Positions 45,701 through 61,500 of a DNA stretch of 64,000 bases are shown one piece after another (position 1 is the stretch's first letter; every line of letters starts with the position of its first letter). This DNA comes from Eledone cirrhosa. Taxonomy: Eukaryota. Position numbers and translations under genes: made by a program. The notes under the pieces were generated by a model. That model was not told the DNA's origin and ran no database searches. It was given only the letters and a program-made list of their open reading frames with translations. Where the stretch lies: assembly GCA_964016885.1 (NCBI GenBank), contig OZ024744.1:47678001-47742000 (forward strand), read 5' to 3'.

Positions 45701-48700
45701 AGAACAGAACACCAACCACATTAGACTATCAAGACCAGAACACCAACAACAATAGACTATCAAGACCAGAACACCAACCACATTAGACTATCAAGAACAG
45801 AACACCAACCACATTAGACTATCAAGACCAGAACACCAACCACATTAGACTATCAAGAACAGAACACCAACCACATTAGACTATCAAGAACAGAACACCA
45901 ACCACATTAGACTATCAAGACCAGAACACCAACCACATTAGACTATCAAGACCAGAACACCAACCACATCACATTAGACTATCAAGACCAGAACACCAAC
46001 CACATTAGACTATCAAGACCAGAACACCAACCACATCACATTAGACTATCAAGACCAGAACACCAACAACATCACATTAGACTATCAAGACCAGAACACC
46101 AACCACATTAGACTATCAAGAACAGAACACCAACAACATTAGACTATCAAGACCATAACACCAACCACATTAGACTATCAAGAACAGAACACCAACCACA
46201 TTAGACTATCAAGACCAGAACACCAACAACAATAGACTATCAAGACCAGAACACCAACCACATTAGACTATCAAGAACAGAACACCAACCACATTAGACT
46301 ATCAAGACCAGAACACCAACCACATTAGACTATCAAGAACAGCAAACCAACCACATTAGACTATCAAGAACAGAACACCAACCACATTAGACTATCAAGA
46401 CCAGAACACCAACCACATCACATTAGCCTATCAAGAACAGAACACCAACCACATTAGACTATCAAGACCAGAAGACCAACCACATTAGACTATCAAAACC
46501 AGAACACCAACCACATCACATTAGACTATCAAGACCAGAACAGCACCCACATTAGACTATCAAGACCAGAACACCAACCACATCACATTAGAATATCAAG
46601 ACCAGAACACCAACCATATCACATTAGACTATCAAGACCTGAACACCAACCACATCACATTAGACTATCAAGACCAGAACACCAACAACATCACATTAGA
46701 CTATCAAGACCAGAACACCAACCACATTAGACTATCAAGAACATAACACCAACAACATTAGACTATCAAGACCATAACACCAACCACATTAGACTATCAA
46801 GAACAGAATACCAACCACATTAGACTATCAAGACCAGAACACCAACAACAAAAGACTATCAAGACCCGAACACCAACCACATTAGACTATCAAGAACAGA
46901 ACACCAACCACATTAGACTATCAAGAACAGAACACCAACCACATTAGACTATCAAGAACAGAACACCAACCACATTAGACTATCAAGACCAGAACACCAA
47001 CCACATCACATTAGCCTATCAAGAACAGAACACCAACCACATTAGACTATCAAGACCAGAACACCAACCACATTAGACTATCAAGACAAGAACACCAACC
47101 ACTTCACATTAGACTATCAAGACCAGAACACCAACCACATTAGACTATCAAGACCAGAACACCAACCACATCACATTAGAATATCAAGACCAGAACACCA
47201 ACCACATCACATTAGACTATCAAGACCTGAACACCAACCACATCACATTAGACTATCAAGACCAGAACACCAACAACATCACATTAGACTATCAAGACCA
47301 GAACACCAACCACATTAGACTATCAAGAACAGAACACCAACAACATTAGACTATCAGGACCATAACACCAACCACATTAGACTATCAAGAACAGAACACC
47401 AACCACATTAGACTATCAAGACCAGAACACCAACAACATTAGACTATCAAGACCAGAACACCAACCACATTAGACTATCAAGGACAGAACACCAACCATA
47501 TTAGACTATCAAGACCAGAACACCAACCACATTAGACTATCAAGAACAGAACACCAACCACATTAGACTATCAAGAACAGAACACCAACCACATTAGACT
47601 ATCAAGACCAGAACACCAACCACATCACATTAGCCTATCAAGAACAGAACACCAACCACATTAGACTATCAAGACCAGAACACCAACCACATTAGACTAT
47701 CAAGAACAGAACACAAACCACATTAGACTATCAAGACCAGAACACCAACCACATTAGACTATCAAGACCAGAACACCAAACACATTACACTATCAAGAAC
47801 AGAACACCAACCACATTAGACTATCAAGAACAGAACACCAACCACATTAGACTATCAAGAACAGAACACCAACCACATTAGACTATCAAGAACAGAACAC
47901 CAACCACATTAGACTATCAAGACCATAACACCAACCACATTAGACTATCAAGACCATAACACCAACCACATTAGACTATCAAGACCAGAACAACAACTAG
48001 ATCACATTAGACTATCAAGACCAGAACATCAACAATATCATTTTAGACTATCAAGACCAGAACACCAACAACATAACATTAGACTATCAAGACCAGAACA
48101 CCAACCACATCACATTAGACTATCAAGACCAGAACACCAACCACATCACATTAGACTATCAAGACCAGAACACCAACCACATCACATTAGACTATCAAGA
48201 CGTGAACACCAACCACATTAGACTATCAAGACCAGAACACCAACCACATTAGACTATCAAGACCAGAACACCAACCACATTAGACTATCAAGACCAGAAC
48301 ACCAACCACATCACATTAGACTATCAAGACCAGAACACCAACCACATTAGATTTCAAGACCAGAACACCAACCACATTATACTATCAAGACCAGAACACC
48401 AACCACATCACATTAGAATATCAAGACCAGAACACCAACCACATTAGACTATCAAGACCAGAACACCAACCACATCACATTAGACTATCAAGAACAGAAC
48501 ACCAACCACATCACATTAGACTATGAAGACCAGTACACCAACCACATCACATTAGACTATCAAGACCAGAACACCAACCACATCACATTAGACTATCAAG
48601 ACGTGAACACCAACCACATTAGACTATCAAGACCAGAACACCAACAACATTAGACTATCAAGACCAGAACACCAACCACATCACATTAGACTATCAAGAC

Positions 48701-51700
48701 CAGAACACCAACCACATCACATTAGACTATCAAGACCAGAACACCAACAACATCACATTAGACTATCAAGACCATAACACCAACCATATTAGACTATCAA
48801 GGCCAGAACACCAACCACATCACATTAGACTATCAAGACCAGAACACCAACCACATTAGACTATCAAGACCAGAACACCAATCACATTAGACTATCAAGA
48901 CCATAACACCAACCACATCACATTAGAATATCAAGACCAGAACACCAACCACATTAGACTATCAAGACCAGAACACCAACCACATCACATTAGACTATCA
49001 AGACCAGAACACCAACCACATTAGACTATCAAGAACAGAACACCAACCACATTAGACTATCAAGAAAAGAACACCAACCACATTAGACTATCAAGACCAG
49101 AACACCAACCACATCACATTAGACTATCAAGACCAGAACACTAACCACATTAGACTATCAAGACCAGAACACTAACAACATCACATAGTCTATCAAGACC
49201 AGAACACCAACAACATCACATTAGACTATAAAGACCAGAACACCAACAACATCACATTAGACTATCAAGACCAGAACACCACCCACATCACATTAGACTA
49301 TCAAAACCAGAACACCAAACACATCACATAAGACTATCAAGACCAGAACACCAACCACATTAGACTACCATGACCAGAACAACAACCACATCACATTAGA
49401 CTATTAAGACCAGAACACCAACCACATCACATTAGACTATCAAGACCAGAACACCAACCACATTAGACTATCAAGACCAGAACTCCAACCACATCACATT
49501 AGACTATCAAGACCATAACACCAACCACATTAGACTATCAAGAACATAACACCAACCACATTAGACTATCAAGACCAGAACACCAACCACATTAGACTAT
49601 CAAGACCAGAACACCAACCACATTAGACTATCAAGACCAGAACACCAACCACATCACATAAGACTATCAAGACCAGAACATAAACCACATCACATTAGAC
49701 TATCAAGACCAGAACACCAACCACATTAGACTATCAAGACCAGAACACCAACCACATCACATTAGACTATCAAGACCAGAACACCAACCACATCACATTA
49801 GACTATCAAGACCAGAACACCAACCACATCACATTAGACTATCAAGACCATAACACCAACCACATTAGACTATCAAGACCATAACACCAACCACATTAGA
49901 CTATCAAGACCAGAACACCAACCACATTAGACTATCAAGACCAAAACACCAACCACATTAGACTATCAAGACCAGAACACCAACCACATCACATAAGACT
50001 ATCAAGACCAGAACATAAACCACATCACATTAGACTATCAAGACCAGAACACCAACCACATCACATTAGACTATCAAGACCAGAACACCAACCACATCAC
50101 ATTAGACCATCAAGACCAGAACACCAACCACATCACATTAGACTATCAAGACCAGAACACCAACCACATCACATTAGACTATCAAGACCAGAACACCAAC
50201 CACATTAGACTATCAAGTCCAGAACACCAACCACATTAGACTATCAAGACCAGAACACCAACCACATTAGACTATCAAGACCAGAACACCAACCACATCA
50301 CATAAGACTATCAAGACCAGAACATAAACCACATCACATTAGACTATCAAGACCAGAACACCAACCACATCACATTAGACTATCAAGACCAGAACACCAA
50401 CCACATCACATTAGACTATCAAGACCAGAACACTAACCACATTAGACTATCAAGACCAGAACACCAACCACATTAGACTATCAAGACCAGAACACCAACC
50501 ACATTAGACTATCAAGACCAGAACACCAACCACATTAGACTATCAAGACCAGAACTCCAACCACATTAGACTATCAAGACCAGAACACCAACCACATCAC
50601 ATTAGACTATCAAGACCAGAACACCAACCACATTAGACTATCAAGACCAGAACACCAACAATATCATTTTAGACTATCAAGACCAGAACACCAACCACAT
50701 TAGACTATCAAGACCAGAACACCAACAACATTAGACTATCAAGACCAGAACACCAACCACATCACATTAGACTATCAAGACCAGAACACCAACCACGTTA
50801 GACTATCAAGACCAGAACACCAACCACATCACATTTGACTATCAAGACCAGAACACCAACCACATCACATTAGACTATCAAGACCAGAACACAAACCACA
50901 TCACATTAGACTATCAAGACCAGAACACCAACCACATTACATTAGACTATCAAGACCAGAACACCAACCACATTAGACTATCAAGACCAGAACTCCAACC
51001 ACATTAGACTATCAAGAGAAGAACACCAACCACATCACATTAGACTATCAAGACCAGAACACCAACCACATTAGACTATCAAGACCAGAACTCCAACCAC
51101 ATTAGACTATCAAGACCAGAACACCAACAACATTAGACTATCAACACCAGAACACCAACCACATTAGACTATCAAGACCAGAACTCCAACCACATTAGAC
51201 TATCAAGACCAGAACACCAACCACATTAGACTATCAAGACCAGAACACCAACCACATCACATTTGACTATCAAGACCAGAACACCAACCACATCACATTA
51301 GACTATCAAGACCAGAAAACCAACCACATCACATTAGACTATCAAGACCAGAACACCAACCACATCACATTAGACTATCAAGACCAGAACACCAACCACA
51401 TTAGACTATCAAGACCAGAACACCAACCACATCACATTAGACTATCAAGACCAGAACACCAACCACATTATACTATCAAGACCAGAACACCAACCACATT
51501 AGACTATCAAGACCAGAACACCAACCACATCACATTAGACTATCAAGACCAGAACACCAACCACATTAGACTATCAAGACCAGAACACCAACCACATTAG
51601 ACTATCAAGACCAGAACACCAACCACATTAGACTATCAAGACCAGAACACCAACCACATCACATTAGACTATCAAGACCAGAACACCAACCACATTAGAC

Positions 51701-52500
51701 TATCAAGACCAGAAGACCAACCACATTAGACTATCAAGACCAGAACACCAACCACATTAGACTATCAAGACCAGAACACCAACCACATCACATTAGACTA
51801 TCAAGACCAGAACACCAACCACATTAGACTATCAAGACCAGAACACCAACCACATCAGATAAGACTATCCTGACCAGAACACCAACCACATCACATTAGA
51901 TTATCAAGACCAGAACACCAACCACATCACATTAGACTGTCAAGACCAGAACACCAACCACATTAGACTATCATGACCAGAACACCAACCACATTAGACT
52001 ATCAAGACCATAACACCAACCACATCACATCAGACTATCAAGAGCAGAACACCAACCACATTAGACTATCAAGACCAGAACACCAACCACATTAGACTAT
52101 CAAGACCAGAACACCAACCACATTAGACTATCAAGACCAGAACACCAACCACATTAGACTATCAAGACCAGAACACCAACCACATTAGACTATCAAGACC
52201 AGAACACCAACCACATTAGACTATCAAGACCAGAACACCAACCACATTAGACTATCAAGACCAGAACACCAACCACATCACATAAGACTATCAAGACCAG
52301 AACATAAACCACATCACATTAGACTATCAAGACCAGAACACCAACCACATCACATTAGACTATCAAGACCAGAACACCAACCACATCACATTAGACTATC
52401 AAGACCTGAACACCAACCACATCACATTAGACTATCAAGACCAGAACACCAACAACATCACATTAGACTATCAAGACCAGAACACCAACCACATTAGACT
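42760..52500. repeat. Distal copy of the ~7-19.8 kb region (lacks the 2.76 kb duplication)
   Basis: TACCATG 43655 vs 7671; TAACCCC 44496 vs 8543; CACTTCAC 47100 vs 14043. TACCATG 49366 vs 16602 and AGAGAAG 51015 vs 18251 (both offset 32764). Confidence 0.8.
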
Positions 52501-55500
52501 ATCAAGACCAGAACACCAACCACATTAGACTATCAAGACCAGAACTCCAACCACATTAGACTGTCAAGACCAGAACACCAACCACATCACATTAGACTAT
52601 CAAGACCAGAACACCAACCACATTAGACTATCAAGACCAGAACACCAACAATATCATTTTAGACTATCAAGACCAGAACACCAACCACATTAGACTATCA
52701 AGACCAGAACACCAACAACATTAGACTATCAAGACCAGAACACCAACCACATCACATTAGACTATCAAGACCAGAACACCAACCACGTTAGACTATCAAG
52801 ACCAGAACACCAACCACATCACATTTGACTATCAAGACCAGAACACCAACCACATCACATTAGACTATCAAGACCAGAACACAAACCACATCACATTAGA
52901 CTATCAAGACCAGAACACCAACCACATTACATTAGACTATCAAGACCAGAACACCAACCACATTAGACTATCAAGACCAGAACTCCAACAACATTAGACT
53001 ATCAAGAGAAGAACACCAACCACATCACATTAGACTATCAAGACCAGAACACCAACCACATTAGACTATCAAGACCAGAACTCCAACCACATTAGACTAT
53101 CAAGACCAGAACACCAACAACATTAGACTATCAACACCAGAACACCAACCACATTAGACTATCAAGACCAGAACTCCAACCACATTAGACTATCAAGACC
53201 AGAACACCAACCACATTAGACTATCAAGACCAGAACACCAACCACATCACATTTGACTATCAAGACCAGAACACCAACCACATCACATTAGACTATCAAG
53301 ACCAGAAAACCAACCACATCACATTAGACTATCAAGACCAGAACACCAACCACATCACATTAGACTATCAAGACCAGAACACCAACCGCATTAGACTATC
53401 AAGACCAGAACACCAACCACATCACATTAGACTATCAAGACCAGAACACCAACCACATTATACTATCAAGACCAGAACACCAACCACATTAGACTATCAA
53501 GACCAGAACACCAACCACATCACATTAGACTATCAAGACCAGAACACCAACCACATTAGACTATCAAGACCAGAACACCAACCACATTAGACTATCAAGA
53601 CCAGAACACCAACCACATTAGACTATCAAGACCAGAACACCAAACACATCACATTAGACTATCAAGACCAGAACACCAACCACATTAGACTATCAAGACC
53701 AGAAGACCAACCACATTAGACTATCAAGACCAGAACACCAACCACATTAGACTATCAAGACCAGAACACCAACCACATCACATTAGACTATCAAGACCAG
53801 AACACCAACCACATTAGACTATCAAGACCAGAACACCAACCACATTAGACTATCAAGACCAGAACACCAACCACATCACATTAGACTATCAAGACCAGAA
53901 CACCAACCACATTAGACTATCAAGACCAGAACACCAACCACATCAGATAAGACTATCCTGACCAGAACACCAACCATATTAGACAATCAAGAACAGAACT
54001 CCAACCACATTACAATATCAAGACCAGAACACCAACCACATCACATTAGATTATCAAGACCAGAACACCAACCACATCACATTAGACTGTCAAGACCAGA
54101 ACACCAACCACATTAGACTATCATGACCAGAACACCAACCACATTAGACTATCAAGACCATAACACCAACCACATCACATCAGACTATCAAGAGCAGAAC
54201 ACCAACCACATTAGACTATCAAGACCAGAACACCAACCACATTAGACTATCAAGACCAGAACACCAACCACATTAGACTATCAAGACCAGAACACCAACC
54301 ACATTAGACTATCAAGACCAGAACACCAACCACATTAGACTATCAAGACCAGAACACCAACCACATTAGACTATCAAGACCAGAACACCAACCACATTAG
54401 ACTATCAAGACCAGAACACCAACCACATCACATAAGACTATCAAAACCAGAACATAAACCACATCACATTAGACTATCAAGACCAGAACACCAACCACAT
54501 CACATTAGACTATCAAGACCAGAACACCAACCACATCACATTAGACTATCAAGACCTGAACACCAACCACATCACATTAGACTATCAAGACCAGAACACC
54601 AACAACATCACATTAGACTATCAAGACCAGAACACCAACCACATTAGACTATCAAGAACAGAACACCAACAACATTAGACTATCAAGACCATAACACCAA
54701 CCACATTAGACTATCAAGAACAGAACACCAACCACATTAGACTATCAAGACCAGAACACCAACCACAATAGGCTATCAAGACCAGAACACCAACCACATT
54801 AGACTATCAATAACAGAACACCAACCACATTAGACTATCAAGACAAGAACACCAACCACATTAGACTATCAAGAACAGAACACCAACCACATTAGACTAT
54901 CAAGACCAGTACACTAACCACATCACATTAGACTATCAAGACCAGAACACCAACCACATCACATTAGCCTATCAAGAACAGAACACCAACCACATTAGAC
55001 TATCAAGACCAGAACACCAACCACATTAGACTATCAAAACCAGAACACCAACCACATCACATTAGACTATCAAGACCAGAACACCAACCACATTAGACTA
55101 TCAAGACCAGAACACCAACCACATCACATTAGAATATCCAGACCAGAACACCAACCATATCACATTAGACTATCAAGACCTGAACACCAACAACATCACA
55201 TTAGACTATCAAGACCAGAACACCAACAACATCACATTAGACTATCAAGACCAGAACACCAACCACATTAGACTATCAAGAACATAACACCAACAACATT
55301 AGACTATCAAGAACATAACACCAACCACATTAGACTATCAAGAACAGAACACCAACCACATTAGACTATCAAGAACAGAATACCAACCACATTAGACTAT
55401 CAAGACCAGAACACCAACAACATCACATTAGCCTATCAAGAACAGAACACCAACCACATTAGACTATCAAGACCAGAACACCAACCACATTAGACTATCA

Positions 55501-58500
55501 AGACCAGAACACCAACCACATCACATTAGACTATCAAGACCAGAACACCAACCACATTAGACTATCAAGACCAGAACACCAACCACATCACATTAGAATA
55601 TCAAGACCAGAACACCAACCACATTACATTAGACTATCAACACCAGAACACCAACAACATCGCATTAGACTATCAAGACCAGAACACCAACCACATTAGA
55701 CTATCAAGAACATAACACCAGCAACATTAGACTATCAAGACCATAACACCAACCACATTAGACTATCAAGAACAGAACACCAACCACATTAGACTATCAA
55801 GACCAGAACACCAACAACAATAGACTATCAAGACCAGAACACCAACCACATTAGACTATCAAGAACAGAACACCAACCATATTAGACTATCAAGACCAGA
55901 ACACCAACCACATTAGACTATCAAGAACAGAACACCAACCACATTAGACTATCAAGAACAGAACACCAACCACATTAGACTATCAAGACCAGAACAACAA
56001 CCACATTAGACTATCAAGACCAGAACACCAACCACATCACATTAGACTATCAAGACCAGAACACCAACCACATTAGACTATCAAGACCAGAACACCAACC
56101 ACATCACATTAGACTATCAAGACCAGAACACCAACCACATCACATTAGACTATCAAGACCTGAACACCAACCACATCACATTAGACTATCAAGACCAGAA
56201 CACCAACAACATCACATTAGACTATCAAGACCAGAACACCAACCACATTAGACTATCAAGAACAGAACACCAACAACATTAGACTATCAAGACCATAACA
56301 CCAACCACATTAGACTATCAAGAACAGAACACCAACCACATTAGACTATCAAGACCAGAACACCAACAACAATAGACTATCAAGACCAGAACACCAACCA
56401 CATTAGACTATCAAGAACAGAACACCAACCACATTAGACTATCAAGACCAGACCACCAACCACATTAGACTATCAAGAACAGAATACCAACCACATTAGA
56501 CTATCAAGAACAGAACACCAACCACATTAGACTATCAATACCAGAACACCAACCACATCACATTAGCCTATCAAGAACAGAACACCAACCACATTAGACT
56601 ATCAAGACCAGAACACCAACCACATTAGACTATCAAAACCAGAACACCAACCACATCACATTAGACTATCAAGACCAGAACACCACCCACATTAGACTAT
56701 CAAGACCAGAACACCAACCACATCACATTAGAATATCAAGACCAGAACACCAACCATATCACATTAGACTATCAAGACCTGAACACCAACCACATCACAT
56801 TAGACTATCAAGACCAGAACACCAACAACATCACATTAGACTATCAAGACCAGAACACAAACCACATTAGACTATCAAGAACATAACACCAACAACATTA
56901 GACTATCAAGACCATAACACCCACCACATTAGACTATCAAGAACAGAATACCAACCACATTAGACTATCAAGACCAGAACACCAACAACAATAGACTATC
57001 AAGACCAGAACACCAACCACATTAGACTATCAAGAACAGAACACCAACCACATTAGACTATCAAGACCAGAACACCAACCACATTAGACTATCAAGAACA
57101 GAACACCAACCACACTAGACTATCAAGAACAGAACACCAACCACATTAGTCTATCAAGACCAGAACACCAACCACATCACATTAGCCTATCAAGAACAGA
57201 ACACCAACCACATTAGACTATCAAGACCAGAACACCAACCACATTAGACTATCAAGACAAGAACACCAACCACATTACATTAGACTATCAAGACCAGAAC
57301 ACCAACCACATCAGATTAGACTATCCTGACCAGAACACCAACCACATTAGACTATCAAGAACAGAACTCCAACCACATTACACTATCAAGACCAGAACAC
57401 CAACCACATCACATTAGACTATCAAGACCAGAACACCAACCACATCACATTAGACTATCAAGACCAGAACACCAACCACATTAGACTATCATGACCAGAA
57501 CACCAACCACATTAGACTATCAAGACCATAACACCAACCACATCACATCAGACTATCAAGAGCAGAACACCAACCACATTAGACTATCAAGACCAGAACA
57601 CCAACCATATTAGACTATCAAGACCAGAACACCAACCACATTAGACTATCAAGACCAGAACACCAACCACATTAGACTATCAAGACCAGAACACCAACCA
57701 CATTAGACTATCAAGACCAGAACACCAACCACATTAGACTATCAAGACCAGAACACCAACCACATTAGACTATCAAGACCAGAACACCAACCACATTAGA
57801 CTATCAAGACCAGAACACCAACCACATCACATAAGACTATGAAGACCAGAACATAAACCACATCACATTAGACTATCAAGACCAGAACACCAACCACATC
57901 ACATTAGACTATCAAGACCAGAACACCAACCACATCACATTAGACTATCAAGACCTGAACACCAACCACATCACATTAGACTATCAAGACCAGAACACCA
58001 ACAACATCACATTAGACTATCAAGACCAGAACACCAACCACATTAGACTATCAAGAACAGAACACCAACAACATTAGACTATCAAGACCATAACACCAAC
58101 CACATTAGACTATCAAGAACAGAACACCAACCATATTAGACTATCAAGACCAGAACACCAACAACAATAGACTATCAAGACCAGAACACCAACCACATTA
58201 GACTATCAAGAACAGAACACCAACCACATTAGACTATCAAGACAAGAACACCAACCACATTAGAGTATAAAGAACAGAACACCAACCACATTAGACTATC
58301 AAGAACAGAACACCAACCACATTAGACTATCAAGACCAGAACACCAACCACATCACATTAGCCTATCAAGAACAGAACACCAACCACATTAGACTATCAA
58401 GACCAGAACTCCAACCACATTAGACTATCAAAACCAGAACACCAACCACATCACATTAGACTATCAAGACCAGAACACCAACCACATTAGACTATCAAGA

Positions 58501-61500
58501 CCAGAACACCAACCACATCACATTAGAATATCCAGACCAGAACACCAACCATATCACATTAGACTATCAAGATCTGAACACCAACCACATCACATTAGAA
58601 TATCAAGACCAGAACACCAACAACATCACATTAGACTATCAAGACCAGAACACCAACCACATTAGACTATCAAGAACATAACACCAACAACATTAGACTA
58701 TCAAGACCAGAACACCAACAACATTAGACTATCAAGACCAGAACACCAACCACATTAGACTATCAAGAACAGAACACCAACCACATTAGACTATCAAGAA
58801 CAGAACACCAACCACATTAGACTATCAAGACCAGAACACCAACAACATCACATTAGCCTATCAAGAACAGAACACCAACCACATTAGACTATCAAGACCA
58901 GAACACCAACCACATTAGACTATCAAGACCAGAACACAAACCACATCACATTAGACTATCAATACCAGAACACCAACCACATTAGACTATCAAGACCAGA
59001 ACACCAACCACATCACATTAGAATATCAAGACCAGAACACCAACCACATCACATTAGACTATCAAGACCTGAACACCAACCACATCACATTAGACTATCA
59101 ACACCAGAACACCAACAACATCACATTAGACTATCAAGACCAGAACACCAACCACATTAGACTATCAAGAACATAACACCAGCAACATTAGACTATCAAG
59201 ACCATAACACCAACCACATTAGACTATCAAGAACAGAACACCAACCACATTAGACTATCAAGACCAGAACACCAACCACATTAGACTATCAAGACCAGAA
59301 CACCAACCACATCACATTAGACTATCAAGACCAGAACACCAACCACATCACATTAGACTATCAAGACCTGAACACCAACCACATCACATTAGACTATCAA
59401 GACCAGAACACCAACAACATCACATTAGACTATCAAGACCAGAACACCAACCACATTAGACTATCAAGAACAGAACACCAACAACATTAGTCTATCAAGA
59501 CCATAACACCAACCACATTAGACTATCAAGAACAGAACACCAACCACATTAGACTATCAAGACCAGAACACCAACAACAATAGACTATCAAGACCAGAAC
59601 ACCAACCACATTAGAGTATCAAGAACAGAACACCAACCACATTAGACTATCAAGACCAGAACACCAACCACATTAGACTATCAAGAACAGAAAACCAACC
59701 ACATTAGACTATCAAGAACAGAACACCAACCACATTAGACTATCAAGACCAGAACACCAACCACATCACATTAGCCTATCAAGAACAGAACACCAACCAC
59801 ATTAGACTATCAAGACCAGAACACCAACCACATTAGACTATCAAAACCAGAACACCAACCACATCACATTAGACTATCAAGACCAGAACAGCACCCACAT
59901 TAGACTATCAAGACCAGAACACCAACCACATCACATTAGAATATCAAGACCAGAACACCAACCATATCACATTAGACTATCAAGACCTGAACACCAACCA
60001 CATCACATTAGACTATCAAGACCAGAACACCAACAACATCACATTAGACTATCAAGACCAGAACACCAACCACATTAGACTATCAAGAACATAACACCAA
60101 CAACATTAGACTATCAAGACCATAACACCAACCACATTAGACTATCAAGAACAGAATACCAACCACATTAGACTATCAAGACCAGAACACCAACAACAAA
60201 AGACTATCAAGACCAGAACACCAACCACATTAGACTATCAAGAACAGAACACCAACCACATTAGACTATCAAGACCAGAACACCAACCACAGTAGACTAT
60301 CAAGAACAGAACACCAACCACATTAGACTATCAAGAACAGAACACCAAACACATTAGACTATCAAGACCAGAACACCAACCACATCACATTAGCCTATCA
60401 AGAACAGAACACCAACCACATTAGACTATCAAGACCAGAACACCAACCACATTAGACTATCAAGACAAGAACACCAACCACATCACATTAGACTATCAAG
60501 ACCAGAACACCAACCACATTAGACTATCAAGACCAGAACACCAACCACATCACATTAGAATATCAAAACCAGAACACCAACCACATCACATTAGACTATC
60601 AAAACCTGAACACCAACCACATCACATTAGACTATCAAGACCAGAACACCAACAACACCACATTAGACTATCAAGACCAGAACACCAACCACATTAGACT
60701 ATCAAGAACAGAACACCAACAACATTAGACTATCAAGACCATAACACCAACCACATTAGACTATCAAGAACAGAACACCAACCACATTAGACTATCAAGA
60801 CCAGAACACCAACAACATTAGACTATCAAGACCAGAACACCAACCACATTAGACTATCAAGGACAGAACACCAACCATATTAGACTATCAAGACCAGAAC
60901 ACCAACCACATTAGACTATCAAGAACAGAACACCAACCACATTAGACTATCAAGAACAGAACACCAACCACATTAGACTATCAAGACCAGAACACCAACC
61001 ACATCACATTAGCCTATCAAGAACAGAACACCAACCACATTAGACTATCAAGACCAGAACACCAACCACATTAGACTATCAAGAACAGAACACAAACCAC
61101 ATTAGACTATCAAGACCAGAACACCAACCACATTAGACTATCAAGACCAGAACACCAAACACATTACACTATCAAGAACAGAACACCAACCACATTAGAC
61201 TATCAAGAACAGAACACCAACCACATTAGACTATCAAGAACAGAACACCAACCACATTAGACTATCAAGACCAGAACACCAACCACATTAGACTATCAAG
61301 AACAGAACACCAACCACATTAGACTATCAAGAACAGAACACCAACCACATTAGACTATCAAGAACAGAACACAAACCACATTAGACTATCAAGACCAGAA
61401 CATTAACAACATCACATAGTCTATCAAGACCAGAACACCAACAACATCACATTAGACTATCAAGACCAGAACACCACCCACATCACATTAGACTATCAAG

